Notes under the pieces: model-generated | The model's database searches: none | Told to the model about the DNA's origin: nothing | What the model saw: only the letters and a program-made list of their open reading frames with translations | DNA from: Thalia democratica | Lineage: Eukaryota | Direction: 5' to 3' | DNA: 64,000 nt | NCBI GenBank assembly: GCA_965202585.1 | Contig: OZ241832.1 | Location: forward strand, 26,412,001 to 26,476,000 | Made by a program: the position numbers and the translations under genes | Shown: positions 35,993-49,857 of the stretch, in pieces | How the letters are laid out: the number at the start of each line of letters is the position of its first letter | How positions within the stretch are numbered: the first letter of the stretch is position 1

Positions 35993-36437
35993 AAGGGTTG
36001 CTTATAAGCCTAAAATGCTGAAAAACTAAAAACATAGAATTTGACAAGAGTATCTAAAAAACCTGGAAATGTCTAGAATTTGAAAAAAATTAAAAAAAAA
36101 GCCTGGATATTTGAAGAAAAATCAGTAAAAAACCTTGAATTTTGAACAAAAATTATTTGATAACATTAATAAACCTGGAATTTTAGACCGTTTCGTTATG
36201 TTTCTAGTAAAATTATTAATTTGACACAAAAAATCTACTATATAGATGATAAAGTTTTGTCATCATCATTTTTTTTTCATTTTAAACAAATTTTAAGTAA
36301 TTTACGGTATTTTTTAATGTTGTTATACTACTTAAAACAGCTTTAACTTTAAACTTTGCTTCCAACTAAAAATACACCTAAAAACTTGTACTTTTAAAAA
36401 ACTTGAGGAAATTTCTCAAAAAAACTTGGCGACCATG
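35993..36437. mobile_element. Old hAT-like MITE remnant present in both duplicated copies (other copy ~57900-58320)
   Basis: Degenerate CAGGGTTGCC / GGCRRCCCTG termini and internal AAACCTGGAA repeats at both positions. Confidence 0.55.
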
Positions 36438-36974
36438 ATATAAGTTTAATGTAAAAAAACTTTTGCATTATTTAAAATGTATACATTATACTTTGTGTCT
36501 AGAAAAGTATTAATCTAAAACTATTTTAAATAAAATTTGACTTAATTTTTTGTTTATGACTTTTTAAGGTTGAATCTATTTATTAAAAGGACTTTTAACA
36601 TACTAGTTTCAGACAAAAAGTGTTTTTATTTTCTAACAGTTCCATGCAACTTAAGTTAGAAATAACATTTTATAAGACATATACGCTTCATATATTTACA
36701 AATTATAATTAATAACAGTAAATTAGTTCTTCATTTGGAAAATAATAGTTGTGAAAATTTTAAAATTCATAAAATGTTATAAGTTAAACAATACAATTAA
36801 GTACGATAATTTCTCCATGTACAACTTTTTTGTTTTTAAAATTATTTCTAATTAAAATTATAATTTAGGTAAATAGAAGTACTATTATTAAAACAAATCG
36901 TCTGTAAACTAAAGTTTAAAGATAAATAGAAATTTTTATATACTTATATTAAAATTATTATTTAATGCTAGAGA

Positions 36975-37100
36975 ATTGCTAGCGTTTCGCGACACCTCTG
37001 GTAACTGAAACCTTTGGCTCACAATCATTTTAAGAATCTGGCGTTTTAGTATAAAAAGCGATCCTGACAATTTTATTCTTAGGAATTCAGTAATGTAAGC
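36975..37100 (+). promoter_or_regulatory. Putative promoter of kelch copy A (paralogue ~59800-59925)
   Basis: CpG-containing block TTTCGCGACACCTCTGGTAACT, TATAAAAAG at 37050, and a 57-nt stretch identical between the two copies. Confidence 0.55.
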
Positions 37101-37321
37101 ATCATACACGTTTAATCTAATTTGAATACAATGTTACACTAAATACTTTTAAACAGTCCTTTGAATATTTCTAGCTAAGCTACGAAAATGAAAACAAAAT
37201 GTTTTATGTGATTTACGAGTTTGAAAACAGTTTGTATATTTCAGGTTTGTTATTACGAAAAAATTTTAAACCATAATATATAATTAGAAAATTGTTTTTA
37301 GATTTTCTTTATACTTAGATA

Positions 37322-40300
37322 ATGCCTAAAAGAACAACGTCCAAAATTGAATTAGGACTAGTGGAAAAGAAAACCAAAAACAACAATGTTAATAACAATA
37401 AAAGCAGTTGTTTTGAACTTCCTCAAAAAACTGAACATTGTGAGTTTATAAGGTCATGCATAAGCAATTCTTTAAAAGATGATGATAAAAAAGCATTGGA
37501 AAAAGTGAACAACTTTACTTTTAAAGGTGACCAGATAATTTTATTAAATTTATAAAAAAAAAATCTTTTTAGATATAACTTAGAAAAATATGATTATAAA
37601 ATAAAATAAACTTCTCATACTTTTTTAAATATATTTATTATTTTTAAAAAAATTTGGACTAATTTGCATACTTTTGTAGTACAAAATTTGATAGCTATTA
37701 TTTTTGTCTGAATGTTTTAATTATTGTTTAAACAGTTGAAAAAAATGATAAGTTAATGAACTTAATTAATAATTACTTCATTAAATATAAAGTTTTATAT
37801 TAGTTTTATAATTGAACTAATTTAACTTTTATCGTGGAAGTTTATTTACTTTAGTTCATTACGTTTAGTTTCAAAGATTTTCCAAGATTTCATTAGCTAA
37901 TTAATACCATACAACTACTATTTTTTGTCTTATCACATGATTGTGAAAGTTAACCTAGTTTTAATCAATTTACGTTTACATTACGTATAACATTATAGTT
38001 TTAAAAAGTCAGATAGATATTATTGAATGTACATATTTTATTCATAACAACTTCATTACAACTTAACAATTTTTTAAATCGCCAAAATTTTAAATTATTT
38101 TATTTCAATAAAATAATATTTTTAATGCCATACATTAAACTTGTAAATAAAGTATTTTGCTGATTTATCTTCACCAAGAACGATATGTTCGAAACAAAAA
38201 ACTATTACTATCATGTGCAAAAATAAAAAAAATTATACAAACTAAAGTATTCCAACTATTTAATTAAAACTAGACAGCTAAATTTGTATCAGTTTAAATG
38301 TTATCACTAGCTTTAAAAGTGTAGTGCTAGCTTAATTTAGCTCTCTAGATTCTAAAAACTTGTTGAGCACCTTTAGTATTTTGAAATTTTGTACATTAAA
38401 CTAGAGGTGGGCAACGTACGGCTCGCGGAGTTCAAATGACCTGTTCCCAAGTGTTTTATAAATCTAAATGGAATCCGGCCCGCAGATGAAAATAACCGGC
38501 CAACGTATGAAGTGTCCGGCCTACAAAGATCAATATATTTTTTTATAAAACTTTATATCATATTTTCGCAAACCTGTAAAAGTTCGACCCTAATAATGAT
38601 AAAAATATAATTCTATTAAAATTTGATAAAAGTCATACTGGTCAAAACATAATTTTGTCTTAATATTTTGTGTTTTTTAACTTATTCGGAATAGCCTTTT
38701 GTCAAATTACCCCAAGCAAAGTGTTTGTTAAAACCTGATACTTTACATACCTACCTCTGTCAATTATCATGTCAATTCTGTTTGTGGACATTATGTAAGC
38801 ATTTGAGATGTTCAAATCGGCATCTCATGTTGTCACACTTGAAATATTGTTGAAAATTAGAAGAATTCTGAAAAGTGATCAACCGTATCAACAAAGTTAG
38901 ATTATGGTCAAATCAGAAACTTTTATCTAAATTAGAATCCGACCGGATACAGACTAAAAATTAGTATCAAGTTGGATTCGGATAGTATTTTTTAATAAGG
39001 ATGCGGCCCGATTCCGGATCTAAAAAGGCATTATCCGTTGGATTTGGATACTGGTAAATCATTAGTTCGAAGTGCTCTGGCCCACCAAAGACTAAAATTT
39101 CACTGATCCAGCCCGCAGATTAAAAACGTTCGCCACCCCTACATTAGACCCTTATCGCGTATAAGCAGGGCTATCTTTTATATTAGTAAATTAGTAATAC
39201 GAAACCAATTAAAAAACTTATTCTATTATCATGTACAAAAAAAAACTTTTGAATAAAATTTTATAAATCTAAAATTCTGTTATAAATAGCATCAAAAACA
39301 AATTAAATAGATTTACTTGACTTATATAAAGCTAAGTTAAATAATTCATTTAAAACTTGGTTTGACTTTTAGTTATTTTCTTTGTTGATATGTTTTACTT
39401 TAAATTCAGGTAAATTTAGCTGTTATAAAGCACGACTAGAAATAAAAATAAAACTTATGTTTTTTCAACACCTAATGCTTGAAAATTTTATTAACTTTTT
39501 AAATATTTTTAACAGATAAAGCATCAGTAAAAGATGATGATATTATTTTAGCTCTGAAAAAAAGTAAAACTATCTTAATAGATGAAGAAGAAGTCAGAAT
39601 AACTCAAGTTATAAAAGAAAGCATCAGTTCAGCAAATATTTTTTTGTCATATTTTTTAGCAAAAAAGTTTTGCTTACCAAAACTTTCTGACAACTGCTTT
39701 AAATACATTGAGCGTTGTTTTATTAAAGTTGTTCAAACAAAAAACTTTTTAGAACTAGATTATGCATCAGTAAAAAAGATTTTATCTAGCTCTGAGCTAA
39801 CTATTACTTCAGAGTTAGAAATCATGAAAGTAGCTAATTCTTGGTTGAAACATTACTATGATCGGAGAAAGAAGTTTGCAAAGGATCTTCTTTTAACTGT
39901 CCGTCTTCCTTTGCTTTCTATTTAAATTTTGAAGAAGGTTTTGTGCAGATCTTAGAACACACGCAACTCTGCTGTGTTCCAAAGCAACGAAGAGTGTCTG
40001 GAAATGACAAAAAAAATTCTCAAAAACAGAGAGAAGTTTTTTAGAGATGATCAAAGTTGAGTTTTAAGACTAGGTACTGCAGCCAGAAAAAGTTTAACAT
40101 TATGGTCTGCGGAGGTTTTAATGAGTTAGAAGAGGAATTTGGCGAAATAACGGATCATGTTATAACAAAAGTTGATGCAGAAAAACTTGAAAAGTTTGAA
40201 ACTGTAGCAGAGTTTTCAGGGTTTAATTATTTGTGTTCTGTTAATGTCATGTGTGAACTTTACGTAGTAGCTTTACGCGATTACATATGTAAGTTAACTG

Positions 40301-40951
40301 TCCACAAATATTCTCATGAGAAAAATGCTTGGGTTATAGTGAAAGTTATACGTACCAGCCGTGATGATTTCAGTGTTTGTTTTTTTATTTTGTGGGGGGG
40401 GGGCATTTTAAAAACGAGAGAGCCGCCAGTTCTTGTCTTGAGATCGACACAGCAAGCTGCAATGAAAAACAAATAAAAAGTATGAAGGAGGCAAGAATTG
40501 GGGCGGGTTGGAGGCTTTCCAAGGCAAAGTGGTTGTTTCAGGCGGTGGTGTAGATATTTACGACCATTTAAACAACTTAAACACTGTTGAGGCATACTGC
40601 AATGTTGACAACACATGGTCATCCTTGCCTAAAATGATTCATGCCAGAAACAATCACATTTTAGTTGCTATAAAGAGCAAATTGTTTGTTTTTGGAGGCT
40701 GAACAGACACCTGTGAAATTTTTTATGTTTCAAGTAACAAGTTTTCAATACTTAAAAAGCCAGAAACGCTACTCATGGACGATTACAAGGTGCAAGACGC
40801 TATTTCTGTTGGCGGGAAAGTATTCGTGTTTAGGAGGTATTCAGTAATAGTAGCTGTTTATGACTTGTATCAGAACGTATGGACGGAAGAAGAGTTCGAA
40901 GCTACACAAGATATTGATTGCTACATGTGTGTGAAACTACCCAAGTTTTAA
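37322..40951 (+). pseudogene. BACK-Kelch pseudogene, copy A (exons 37322-37526 and 39516-40951)
   Basis: Phase-1 GT-AG join is in frame. BACK motif LSSSELTITSELEI...LTVRLPLL and kelch GG repeats are present. Disrupted by stops (TAA 39923, TAG ~39953, TGA ~40700) and a frameshift near the G-run at ~40394-40402. Confidence 0.92.
38402..39141. mobile_element. hAT (Charlie/Buster-like) MITE in the intron of kelch copy A, probably containing a nested GGATCCG-family element (~38870-39064)
   Basis: Termini TAGAGGTGGGCAAC / GTTCGCCACCCCTA. 8-bp TSD CATTAAAC / CATTAGAC (one mismatch). Absent from copy B. Confidence 0.8.
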
Positions 40952-42172
40952 TTTAAATAGCAATTTTTATATATAATCGATACTTTTTTATGGTCTAAAT
41001 GTAAAAAAAATATATTGTTATACGGTTACATTTAATTATTTCTTAATTTATTTGTACTTTCACTCCTAAAAAGTTGAAAAGATTTTTTTTTACGCGTTTT
41101 TTTTACAAAATGTTGTGAATAGATAGCAAAATTTTTTTAGTTTTTTACGGTTCTTTCACTTCTTATATGTTTTTTACTCAGTCCCTCTTAGACAATGTGT
41201 AGTTAAAACTTAATTGAGGTTATCCTGTTAAATATGTTTACAAGTATTTGTCTTGCACACGTTAATTTGTCTTCAAATATTTGCATTAAATATTTTAATT
41301 TAATATTTATAATTTGTGTAGTTTTTTGTATATAATTCTATCAGCTGGTGTTCCTTTAATTGATTTAAAATCGATAATAAAGTTTTTGGAAGCTGCACTT
41401 GTGTCTTTCAATTAAAATTTGCTGTTAGTTTAAAAGAAAGGGTATAGAAACGTGACAAAAATTTTCATTTGTATATAATTTTCTTATATCTAAATATCTT
41501 TTTTATTATAAAAAAAACGTTATGTGTTATTGAAGTTTAATGAAATTTATAAGTTAAGAAGTTTTATGAATAATATGAACCTATAAAGTTTCTTTATTTA
41601 AAAACCTTCACATTTATTATATTGTTAACTGCATGAGCATTAAAAACTTGATCTAAAAATTGGAACATTTATTCTCTAATTGTTTGTGTCAATATTGTAT
41701 CTTCTTATTTATTTAGTTATGCAACAGCAACATCTTCCACCAAAATCTAATTTAATTAGATTTTTTAGAAAGTTGTTAAACCGGGTAACACTAAGTCATT
41801 AAGATTGTGCGGTATATATAAAAAAATGCTACTTTTGTATAAATAATAAACCAAACTCTTGGTTATTTAATATTGTGGTATATATCAACAAAGATTGAAT
41901 TTTTAAAAGAATTTTCAAATAAACACAAAACTAATTAATCTGCAGTCTGCCTATGCAGAATTTATTTTTAAACAAAATACTTTTTGAAATAATAAACATC
42001 GAGTTTTTCTTTGTTTTTATATACTATAAGCTACTTTGTCTATCAAGTACAAAAAATGCAAATTATTTATTTCTGATAATTTTTCTAGGTAGCACTCTTA
42101 ACATAAAATCTATATAAAACTTAACTTAATGTTTTTTTTCCATTTGCCTAACAGCTAAAATGTAATTTGGAT

Positions 42173-43480
42173 TAGTGATCTACGAAACTAAAAATTTTAA
42201 GATTTCGCAGGATCCGAATACGAGTCTTATTTTCAAAATAGGATTCGGCCGGACACGAATCCAAGTCTTATTTTAAAATTATGATTCGGCCGAACTATCA
42301 TGACCATAAACGAACTAAAACATAAACTTTTACAATTGTTCATATTTATAAAACAAAGTGCAATTTAAAATAACTTGGAGCCGTAATAAGTTGAAATATA
42401 ATAACTAACAGAAGTTATAATTGTAATAAAATGTTTTTTTTTAGTTCTGTTCAAGGTTAAACTTTTACCATTAAAATAAATATATATAAGTAAACTTAAA
42501 AAAAAACTACAAATTCAAAAGATGTTTCTGTTATACTATAGAAGACTATTCTTGTTTTTCAAGTTGGTCAGGAGAAACAAAATTGTGTCGCCGGTCTTCT
42601 GAAGCAATCTACTACGCTTTTGCTCGTAGATATTACCAGTTTCACAAAGAAAAACACAGAAGATGATGGGGCATTAAGATATTTCCTTGCAAAGCTGGCA
42701 AGACGTGGGTATTTTTTCCTATTCAAGTTCCACTTTAGTTTCTGAATTCAAATTTTCTGTAGCAAAAAAAAAAGCTTTATTTCTACTTCAATTTCTTCAT
42801 CAATATAGTTATGTTGCTCGTCTTCCTATGTAGCTGTGTTTGATTCTCTTTCAAACAAGGAATAGTAAGTTGAAAACTTTATCAGATCAAAATTCACAGA
42901 GCGATGTGGTTTTTGTTTTTCTAGTGTCAATATAAGAGTATCACCTTTTTAGTCAGCCTTTAAACAAATATTTTTTTGGACAATTAGTTTTAGCTGCTGT
43001 GTAACATTATTTTTGAGATAAGGAGAAAAGCGGAAAGTCGATATAGTGGACAAACAGCTGTTATGACTAAAGCAGTTTGTTGTCATTCAGGTTTATGTTA
43101 TGGTTGTTGGTGTAGAACCTTTTTTCGCAATCCTCTCCTATAATTTTGAATAAAGTTTTACAAACATTTGATACTTATTCTGATTTTTTCAAAAATGAAC
43201 AGACTTTGTCAGTGAAATTGCATGCAGGATTACGCTTGAAAGCAATGCATTGTTTTTACTACACTGAATATTTTACAAAATAGAGGTCTGAGCAATAAAG
43301 TAATGTGTTCATCCAATTGCCAATCTTCAGCTGTAACAATTAAATCTTGATCGTTTTTAAAGTTAGCCACATAGTACCGGACATCTTATTTTAGCTTTTT
43401 CAGTCTCTCTAGTACAGAATATGTTAAGTTTCACCTTGTATCTCAGCTCTTGAACAAGAAGTAAGGCTTTTGTTTTGTTT
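42173..43480 (-). mobile_element. Decayed hAT (Ac/ZBED-like) transposase, C-terminal half, with one element end at ~42173
   Basis: *NLTYSVLERL (the RWNS region), TAEDWQLDEHITLLLRP, and the dimerisation domain WNLNRKKYPRLASFARKYLNAPSSSV...GNIYEQKRSRL...ILFL..NL, with many stops and indels. Confidence 0.8.
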
Positions 43481-44078
43481 GTACAATTGTTTTGTTAAAA
43501 TATATCTGCATTTTTTTAAATAATTTACTCACTCTAAAAGAATAAACTAGTTTACGTACCTTTGTTAATAAGAATTATATACGTTCCTTCACGAAAACTA
43601 ATATTATTATAACTGATATTTTTTACCAACTAACAGGTTCTCCATAATCGTTTAAATTCATATTAAAAGTAAAACAGTAGAATTGTATTCTTTCTGAAAC
43701 GCGAAGACTTTACAAATGTTTAAAAAAATAGTCGGAATTTTTAACATTTTTATCCTGAAAAAAGCAATTAAGCAACTGTCTTTTTATTTGTAAATTGTGT
43801 AAATAAAGTGTTGACAAAATGCTGTTGCTTTATTAATGTTAGCAGAACAGTGAATGTTAAATAAAGTTTTTGTTTGTTTTTCAGGCTGGAGTAGCTGTTT
43901 AACTTAAGTGTTATTACTCTCTTAGAACCTCAACTTATTCTATGTTTATTTGATTATTTTATTGAATATTGTATACTTGTAAAAAGACGTTGCTTTATGT
44001 ATTTTATGTTGAATTGAAAACAAACAAAAGTTTATAAGCTTTAGTTCTTTTACTTGATTTTTTTTTCATACTACTGTA

Positions 44079-44845
44079 CAGTAACCTCTCGCTTATTTAC
44101 GCACAGTGTGTCCACAGAAAAAATGCGTAAAGATACGAGAGATCGTAATAATACGAGAGGTACCAAGTATACTTACTATGATGGCTGTTTTTTTGATATT
44201 GCTTCTAGTTAAAAGCAGACTAAAGACTTTCCCACTTTTAATAATTCGTTTAGTTTATTTATAAATATGAGATAAAAGATTAAACTATACCTATGTAAAA
44301 AAAGAATTTAGATTTATATGAAATAACAATAATTGTAGAAAAATTTTACTAATTTTAATAATAATAATAACAATAAACTGAGATTTGTGTTAATTGTAAG
44401 CTCTATATTTATTAAGTTTCTCTGCTACTTTTTGCTAGGAAGTTTCATTAGATTTATTTTTTAGGTGTTTATTTATATATAGGATAAGAGTACTGTATTT
44501 TTTATTTTTGTATGAACTCTCATTATTTCATTATACTTTCATTATTTAACACAGTCATGTTTCTTTTAGAATTTTAATTTAACCTCTTATTGTTAACAAA
44601 ATTTCTGTAATACTTAAATATAATTAAATATTTATCAATTAGTCAAGGAACATAAGTTTACAAAATCTAAACATATAAAGAGGTGAGTTAGAGTTAAAAA
44701 ACATGTTTTAAATAAAAAATATACAATAAACCTAATTTGTGCAATAGTAAAAAGAAAAACAAGAATAATTTATCAGAGTTCTAAAATGCGTAACTAAACG
44801 AGAGTGTGTAACGTCACGAGTGCGTAAAGATGCGAGAGGTTACTG
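44079..44845. mobile_element. Tc1/mariner (pogo/Tigger-like) MITE, copy 2
   Basis: Same TIRs as 26677-27454. TA TSD at 44077-44078 and 44846-44847. Confidence 0.9.
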
Positions 44846-47800
44846 TAGTAAACTAAGATTAATGAATATTTTGAACGGATATGACTAATTTAAATAAGTT
44901 TTTTTTCTTCCTTTTTCCTTTGATTTAAAACTTTTGTGAAACGTAGGAAGTGTAACAAACCAGACGTTAAAAAAAATTTGAAAAAGTTTTTGCTAAGTGA
45001 GATAACTCATAAAAGATACTGAAATAAATAACTCAATAATATAGTTTCGGTCATACCATTTATATCATCAGTCAATTAGTAACTTTTGCCGATGATTTCG
45101 TTAATCAATAGTAAAAATAATTTTATACCAGATCTCAATAAATTAAAACATAACAGAGTTTTTAGTTTATACAGATTGTAAACGATAATTTTGTATAGTA
45201 TAATTCACAATCACTCAAGAACACCGAAAATTCGAAATGTCTAACAACCTACAAAAGTTTATAAAAGTAAACAACATATACTAAATTCATAAAGAACAAA
45301 ACTTTTCTATAATTTATAAAGAATAAATTACGGAATATTTTTTTATAACCAAAGTGCTTTTTATCAACTTGCACGTAAGAATGGGTTTCATTTTTAAATT
45401 TCTTGCAAAACAAAATTTTTTAATAACATTTTTTTGACTTGAATAATATAATAAGTTGGATGTAGATGAGAGTTACTTAATACTTTTACTTATTAAATTT
45501 TTATTTGTTTATGAAATGCTAAATGTACTTTTATACAATTTCATTTTAATCCACTGTGAATTTAGGAAAAACTAAAGTATAATGAGATTTTAAACACATT
45601 TTAAAGATCTTTAACTTTATTGTACATTTTATTTTGTAAATACCGCTTTGGTTACATATCTAGTTTTTACAGTTTTAATAAACTTTCATTAGTAAAGTTT
45701 TTACATTGTTTTATTAAAGTAGTTATTGAGATCTAATGAAATTATAATAACAAAGAACTTTTAATCAAATAGGCAACAATTTAACAATAAAAATGTTTAT
45801 TAGTTTTTTTAATATTGCTTTGTTTTGTGTTTTTATAAGTAGTATTACATTAATAGATATAATATAACATATGTATAACTCATAACTTTATAAATATTTC
45901 TATTGTAGCAAGCATAGTAAATTTGTTTCTTATGAAATTTTAAAACAAAAGTGTCATCTCAGATTTTTCACGTATTGACATATTGACAACTCTTAATTTA
46001 TTTTGAAATATTTTAAAAGTTTAAGATTTATGAGATAACAACTTTTTCTTTAAACGTTGTCTGCGTGATTCAAAAATTGTTCTAAAGTGGATCAAACAAT
46101 TATACGAATTATTTTAAATATTTATATTTAACACTTTTCTGGTAAATACTTAAAAAAATATCTTTGATTAAAAGTATAAGTTTTTATTGGTTAACAACAA
46201 CTTAGTTTTCAAAAAAGAATGTTTTTTAGATTTTAACATTTGTTAAAACTACCCCATTTTTACCAATTAGAAATACTTTGAATACTTGTAATTTAAAAAT
46301 AAGTTTAAAATCCTTGTCTGCAAAAAAAAAAACTAAATAAATAGATTTACGAAGTTAAACTAATAAAATGCCACGAAAATGTTCTGGTAAAATAATAAAT
46401 TCATATTTAACCTAGTTTTTGAGTTTGTACTAGTATTAAAATAGCTAAAATTTATATTAATATGCTACTGCCAAATAATGAAGACAAAATGTTGTTTATT
46501 TCTAAAACTGTTAAAACGTGTTTATAAAAAATATTTAAAAAGCTTTATTAGTAATAATTCTTTTTAATAAATAAATACTTTTCACTTAATCTTTTAATAA
46601 AATGTATACACATGTATGTATTTTATATTGTCAATGACATATTTAAAATGTAGCTATAGTAAATATATAACTATTCAGAAGATTATTTGGCATTCTATTT
46701 AATATAACACAAAACCAAAATTGCTTTATAACGTACCATTAACGAGACAAGTTATTTTTTCCATGTCATTGTCAATGATAAAGAAATTTTTGATTTTTGT
46801 TTAGCAGACTTAATTAATGTATAGCAGTTGAAGTAGTTTATATTAAAATATCACTTTAAAATAGAGTTTGAAAATATAACGAACAACTAAGTACACTTGT
46901 AATTATTAAAAGCAGAGCCCAGTTGAAAGTTTTGAAACCTTTTTTTTTTGTTTTGAAAAAGACTGTTTAAAGCTTAAAGTAATCAGGTTGCTTATTTTTC
47001 TTAAACAATTTATACAAATACGATTATAATAAGTCTCGATAAGCATTATAGAATATTTTTTTTTCCTTTTTTAATTTAAAACAAGGCTAGTTTGTTTATG
47101 TTAACCAATCACAAAACAAAGACTTAACTGTTTTTTTAAATAAAGTAGTCTAATATTGAAAAGTCTAATAGTTATAACAGTTAAGATTAAAGTGATAACA
47201 TTTTATTGTTGTTATTTTGTTATAAAAATTGAAACTGTGTTTAGTTTTATTTACTTAATAGTTATTGTTTGTACCACAGATTTTAACTCATTACTTACTG
47301 TGAATTATGAGTGAACTAGATTTATTGAAACTTTTTTAATTTGTTAAAGTTTGTAACTTGGTAATTTTTTAAAACATCGTTTAAAGTATACCTAAAACTT
47401 TAAAATACTAACACTTTAATACTAAAAAAACAATGAAAGCGTTACCTGTTCGTTTAAAATACTATTTTAGTCATTATCTAAACACTTAAAATTATTTAGT
47501 TATGTGTTTTTGTTCAAGTTGTATTATAAGATATAAATTTTTAGATAAAATTTAGTTTATCTTCTAAAAATATTTCAAATCAATAATTTTAATGACATAC
47601 GCAAATTTTTACAACACATAGCCTACATTTTTTAGAAATTCATATTTGGCGCCGAGTAGAATTTTTCAAGCTTATTTGACAAGTTATTAATTTCATGTAT
47701 ATCTATTTAAATATTTTATTTACTTTTGTAGGTTCTAATTTTAGACTTTTTTATATGCGTATAAGGCAGAATAGCAAGTTTTAAAATTATTTTTTAATGT

Positions 47801-48819
47801 TTTCGTTGCTTTCTTAGTTTTCTAAAGAGATAAAACTACAAATACATAAACGTTTCTTCGAAAATAACTTTAGTCAAAAATAAGTATGTGTCATTTTAGT
47901 TTGAAACTTTACTTTATCTCATTATTCATCTAGCATCGGCGAAAGTTTTTAAGAGTGAAAATTTGAACTTACATATGCCGTGAGACAAATTAAAGTTTTT
48001 ATTTATTTTGTGATACAAATGGTGTTTTAATGGTGATTTTAGTTTTGAAATATAACTCATTTGCTTATGATCTGATTTTCGATAATATACAAATTGTTAG
48101 ATTAAATTTGCATCTGTTTTGCTATAATAGCTAATTAAAGCTGGATAAATATGAACTTTTGTAATCTTTTTGTAAAAGTTTGTTACTGTCTTAGCTTTTT
48201 GTTGATTTCTACTTTACTAGTTTTTAAAAACAGTTTACTTTTATTTAAATGGATTTAATTTAAAGTTTTGAATCCACTAAGATTTTTTCTATGCTTACCA
48301 TAAAAATGATATAATCAATCACAAATTTAATGTATTTTTATTAAAATCACACCTTAATTTTAAACACTTATATTTACTCACGCAAAATACGTTCTGTTTA
48401 AGCAGTTAATGAATAGTTACAAGTATAGATCTTTAATCTAAAATAAAGGTTTAAAGCGAACATCAGAAATATAGCAGTGATATTTCTTATGAACATAGTT
48501 CGAGTACTAGTGTCTGCTAATTGTTTAATTTCTAACTCATCACATGCAAATTATACAAGTTTGAATAGTTCAAATTCAAAGCTTGTTTTAAAGCTCCATT
48601 GTGATTATTTTTCATCTTTTTATAAAGTGTTTGGTGTTTTTTGAAACAGAATTTTGGGCTGAGGAAAATGGTAAAATTTATTTTTGAAAAAAGCAAGGTT
48701 TAAAAACGTTAGAGCCAAAAGTTTAAAATTAGCTTAGATTTTTCAAAGCGAAAATAGAGATAAAATCAATTTTCTTGCTTAAAGTTGCCGTAAGAAAGTA
48801 GCGTGAATACAAAGTTTGA

Positions 48820-49260
48820 AATAACCTTGTTTTTTATCGTTTTGATAAATGTTTTGGTGTTTTTTCGCATGAAATTTTCCGCCAGAAACGATGGTAATGT
48901 TTATTTTTAAGTATTGGCAAGTTTCAAAAAAAAAAAAAAAAGTTTTAAAAATAAATTTTAGTTGTTCATTATCATTGAATTTTGTTGCATTAAAATTTGC
49001 ATAAATTTCAATGACTACAGTTGGTTTTGTCTTTAGATATAAACTATTTTTTTATAAGATATATTAATGTAGTTAGTTATTTAACAGTTTATAAAATATT
49101 TTTTACTTTGACTTATAGTTTCATTAGTATTTTGATACGTGTTTATATAGTTTGTAAATTTAAGCTAAACTTTAGTGTCCTAATAAATGTTTACTTACAT
49201 ATTTATTGCAACTAAGGGTTCTCTTTAATACTAGTTTGTTGTTTTAAAATTGACTTCTTT
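48820..49260 (+). repeat. Local duplicated block, similar to ~53270-53900; separately, 50625-50750 is similar to 53100-53220
   Basis: Shared strings such as gcatgaaattttc(c/t)gccagaaac and catacaaaattctagcaataactgtgc. Confidence 0.75.
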
Positions 49261-49857
49261 TAAATAAAATAATCAGTGTAATTTAGAGGAAAAGGTCTGT
49301 TTGTTTTCTATCTACTGTATGGAAATTATGTTTGATTAAAACTGGTTTCACGTTAAATTGACCTGAGAGTGTACATTCAATTTTGTACTAAACAATTAAT
49401 TTATTTTAATTTGCAGTATTTTAAAATAAGAATTGCTCAGATTTATACTAATTTGTTTTCAAGATTGCCGGAGTTTGACGCAGTAGAATTAAAAGAATAA
49501 TTTTGATAAACTAAAGCATATGTGGTTGCTTCTTCGTACGCACAAGAATAAACTCTTACTTAAACAAATTGTACTTTAAAAAAGAAAAATTGCCAACACA
49601 TAACATTTCAGAAATAATTATTTAGTACTAAAAATTTTAATATATAATAAGCAGCACAATTTACTTACAAGCAGAGCAATAAAAAAACACAATACACTTT
49701 GTAATAAAAATCTTGAACTTGCTTTTACTTACTTAGTTTTTCGAACTAATAATAATTTCTCGGGCAAGAAACTAAATGTACTTCAAATAAAACAACTGAC
49801 AACACATAAAATTTCTAACAAACTAATTTATTACTAAAAAGTTTGAGCTCTAAGTAA

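Larger units (their letters stand above)
33850..41050 (+). repeat. Segmental duplication, copy A (paralogous to ~55900-64000)
   Basis: Collinear similarity through intergenic DNA, old MITEs, promoter, both kelch exons and the 3' flank. Confidence 0.9.

Noticed and set aside
41780-41900. CGIY/CAVY-like peptides suggesting another protease or endonuclease relic
   Set aside because: Motifs too short and without ordered supporting context.
47645-47660. TGGCGCC primer-binding-site-like string
   Set aside because: No adjacent LTR (TG...CA pair) or gag/pol sequence.
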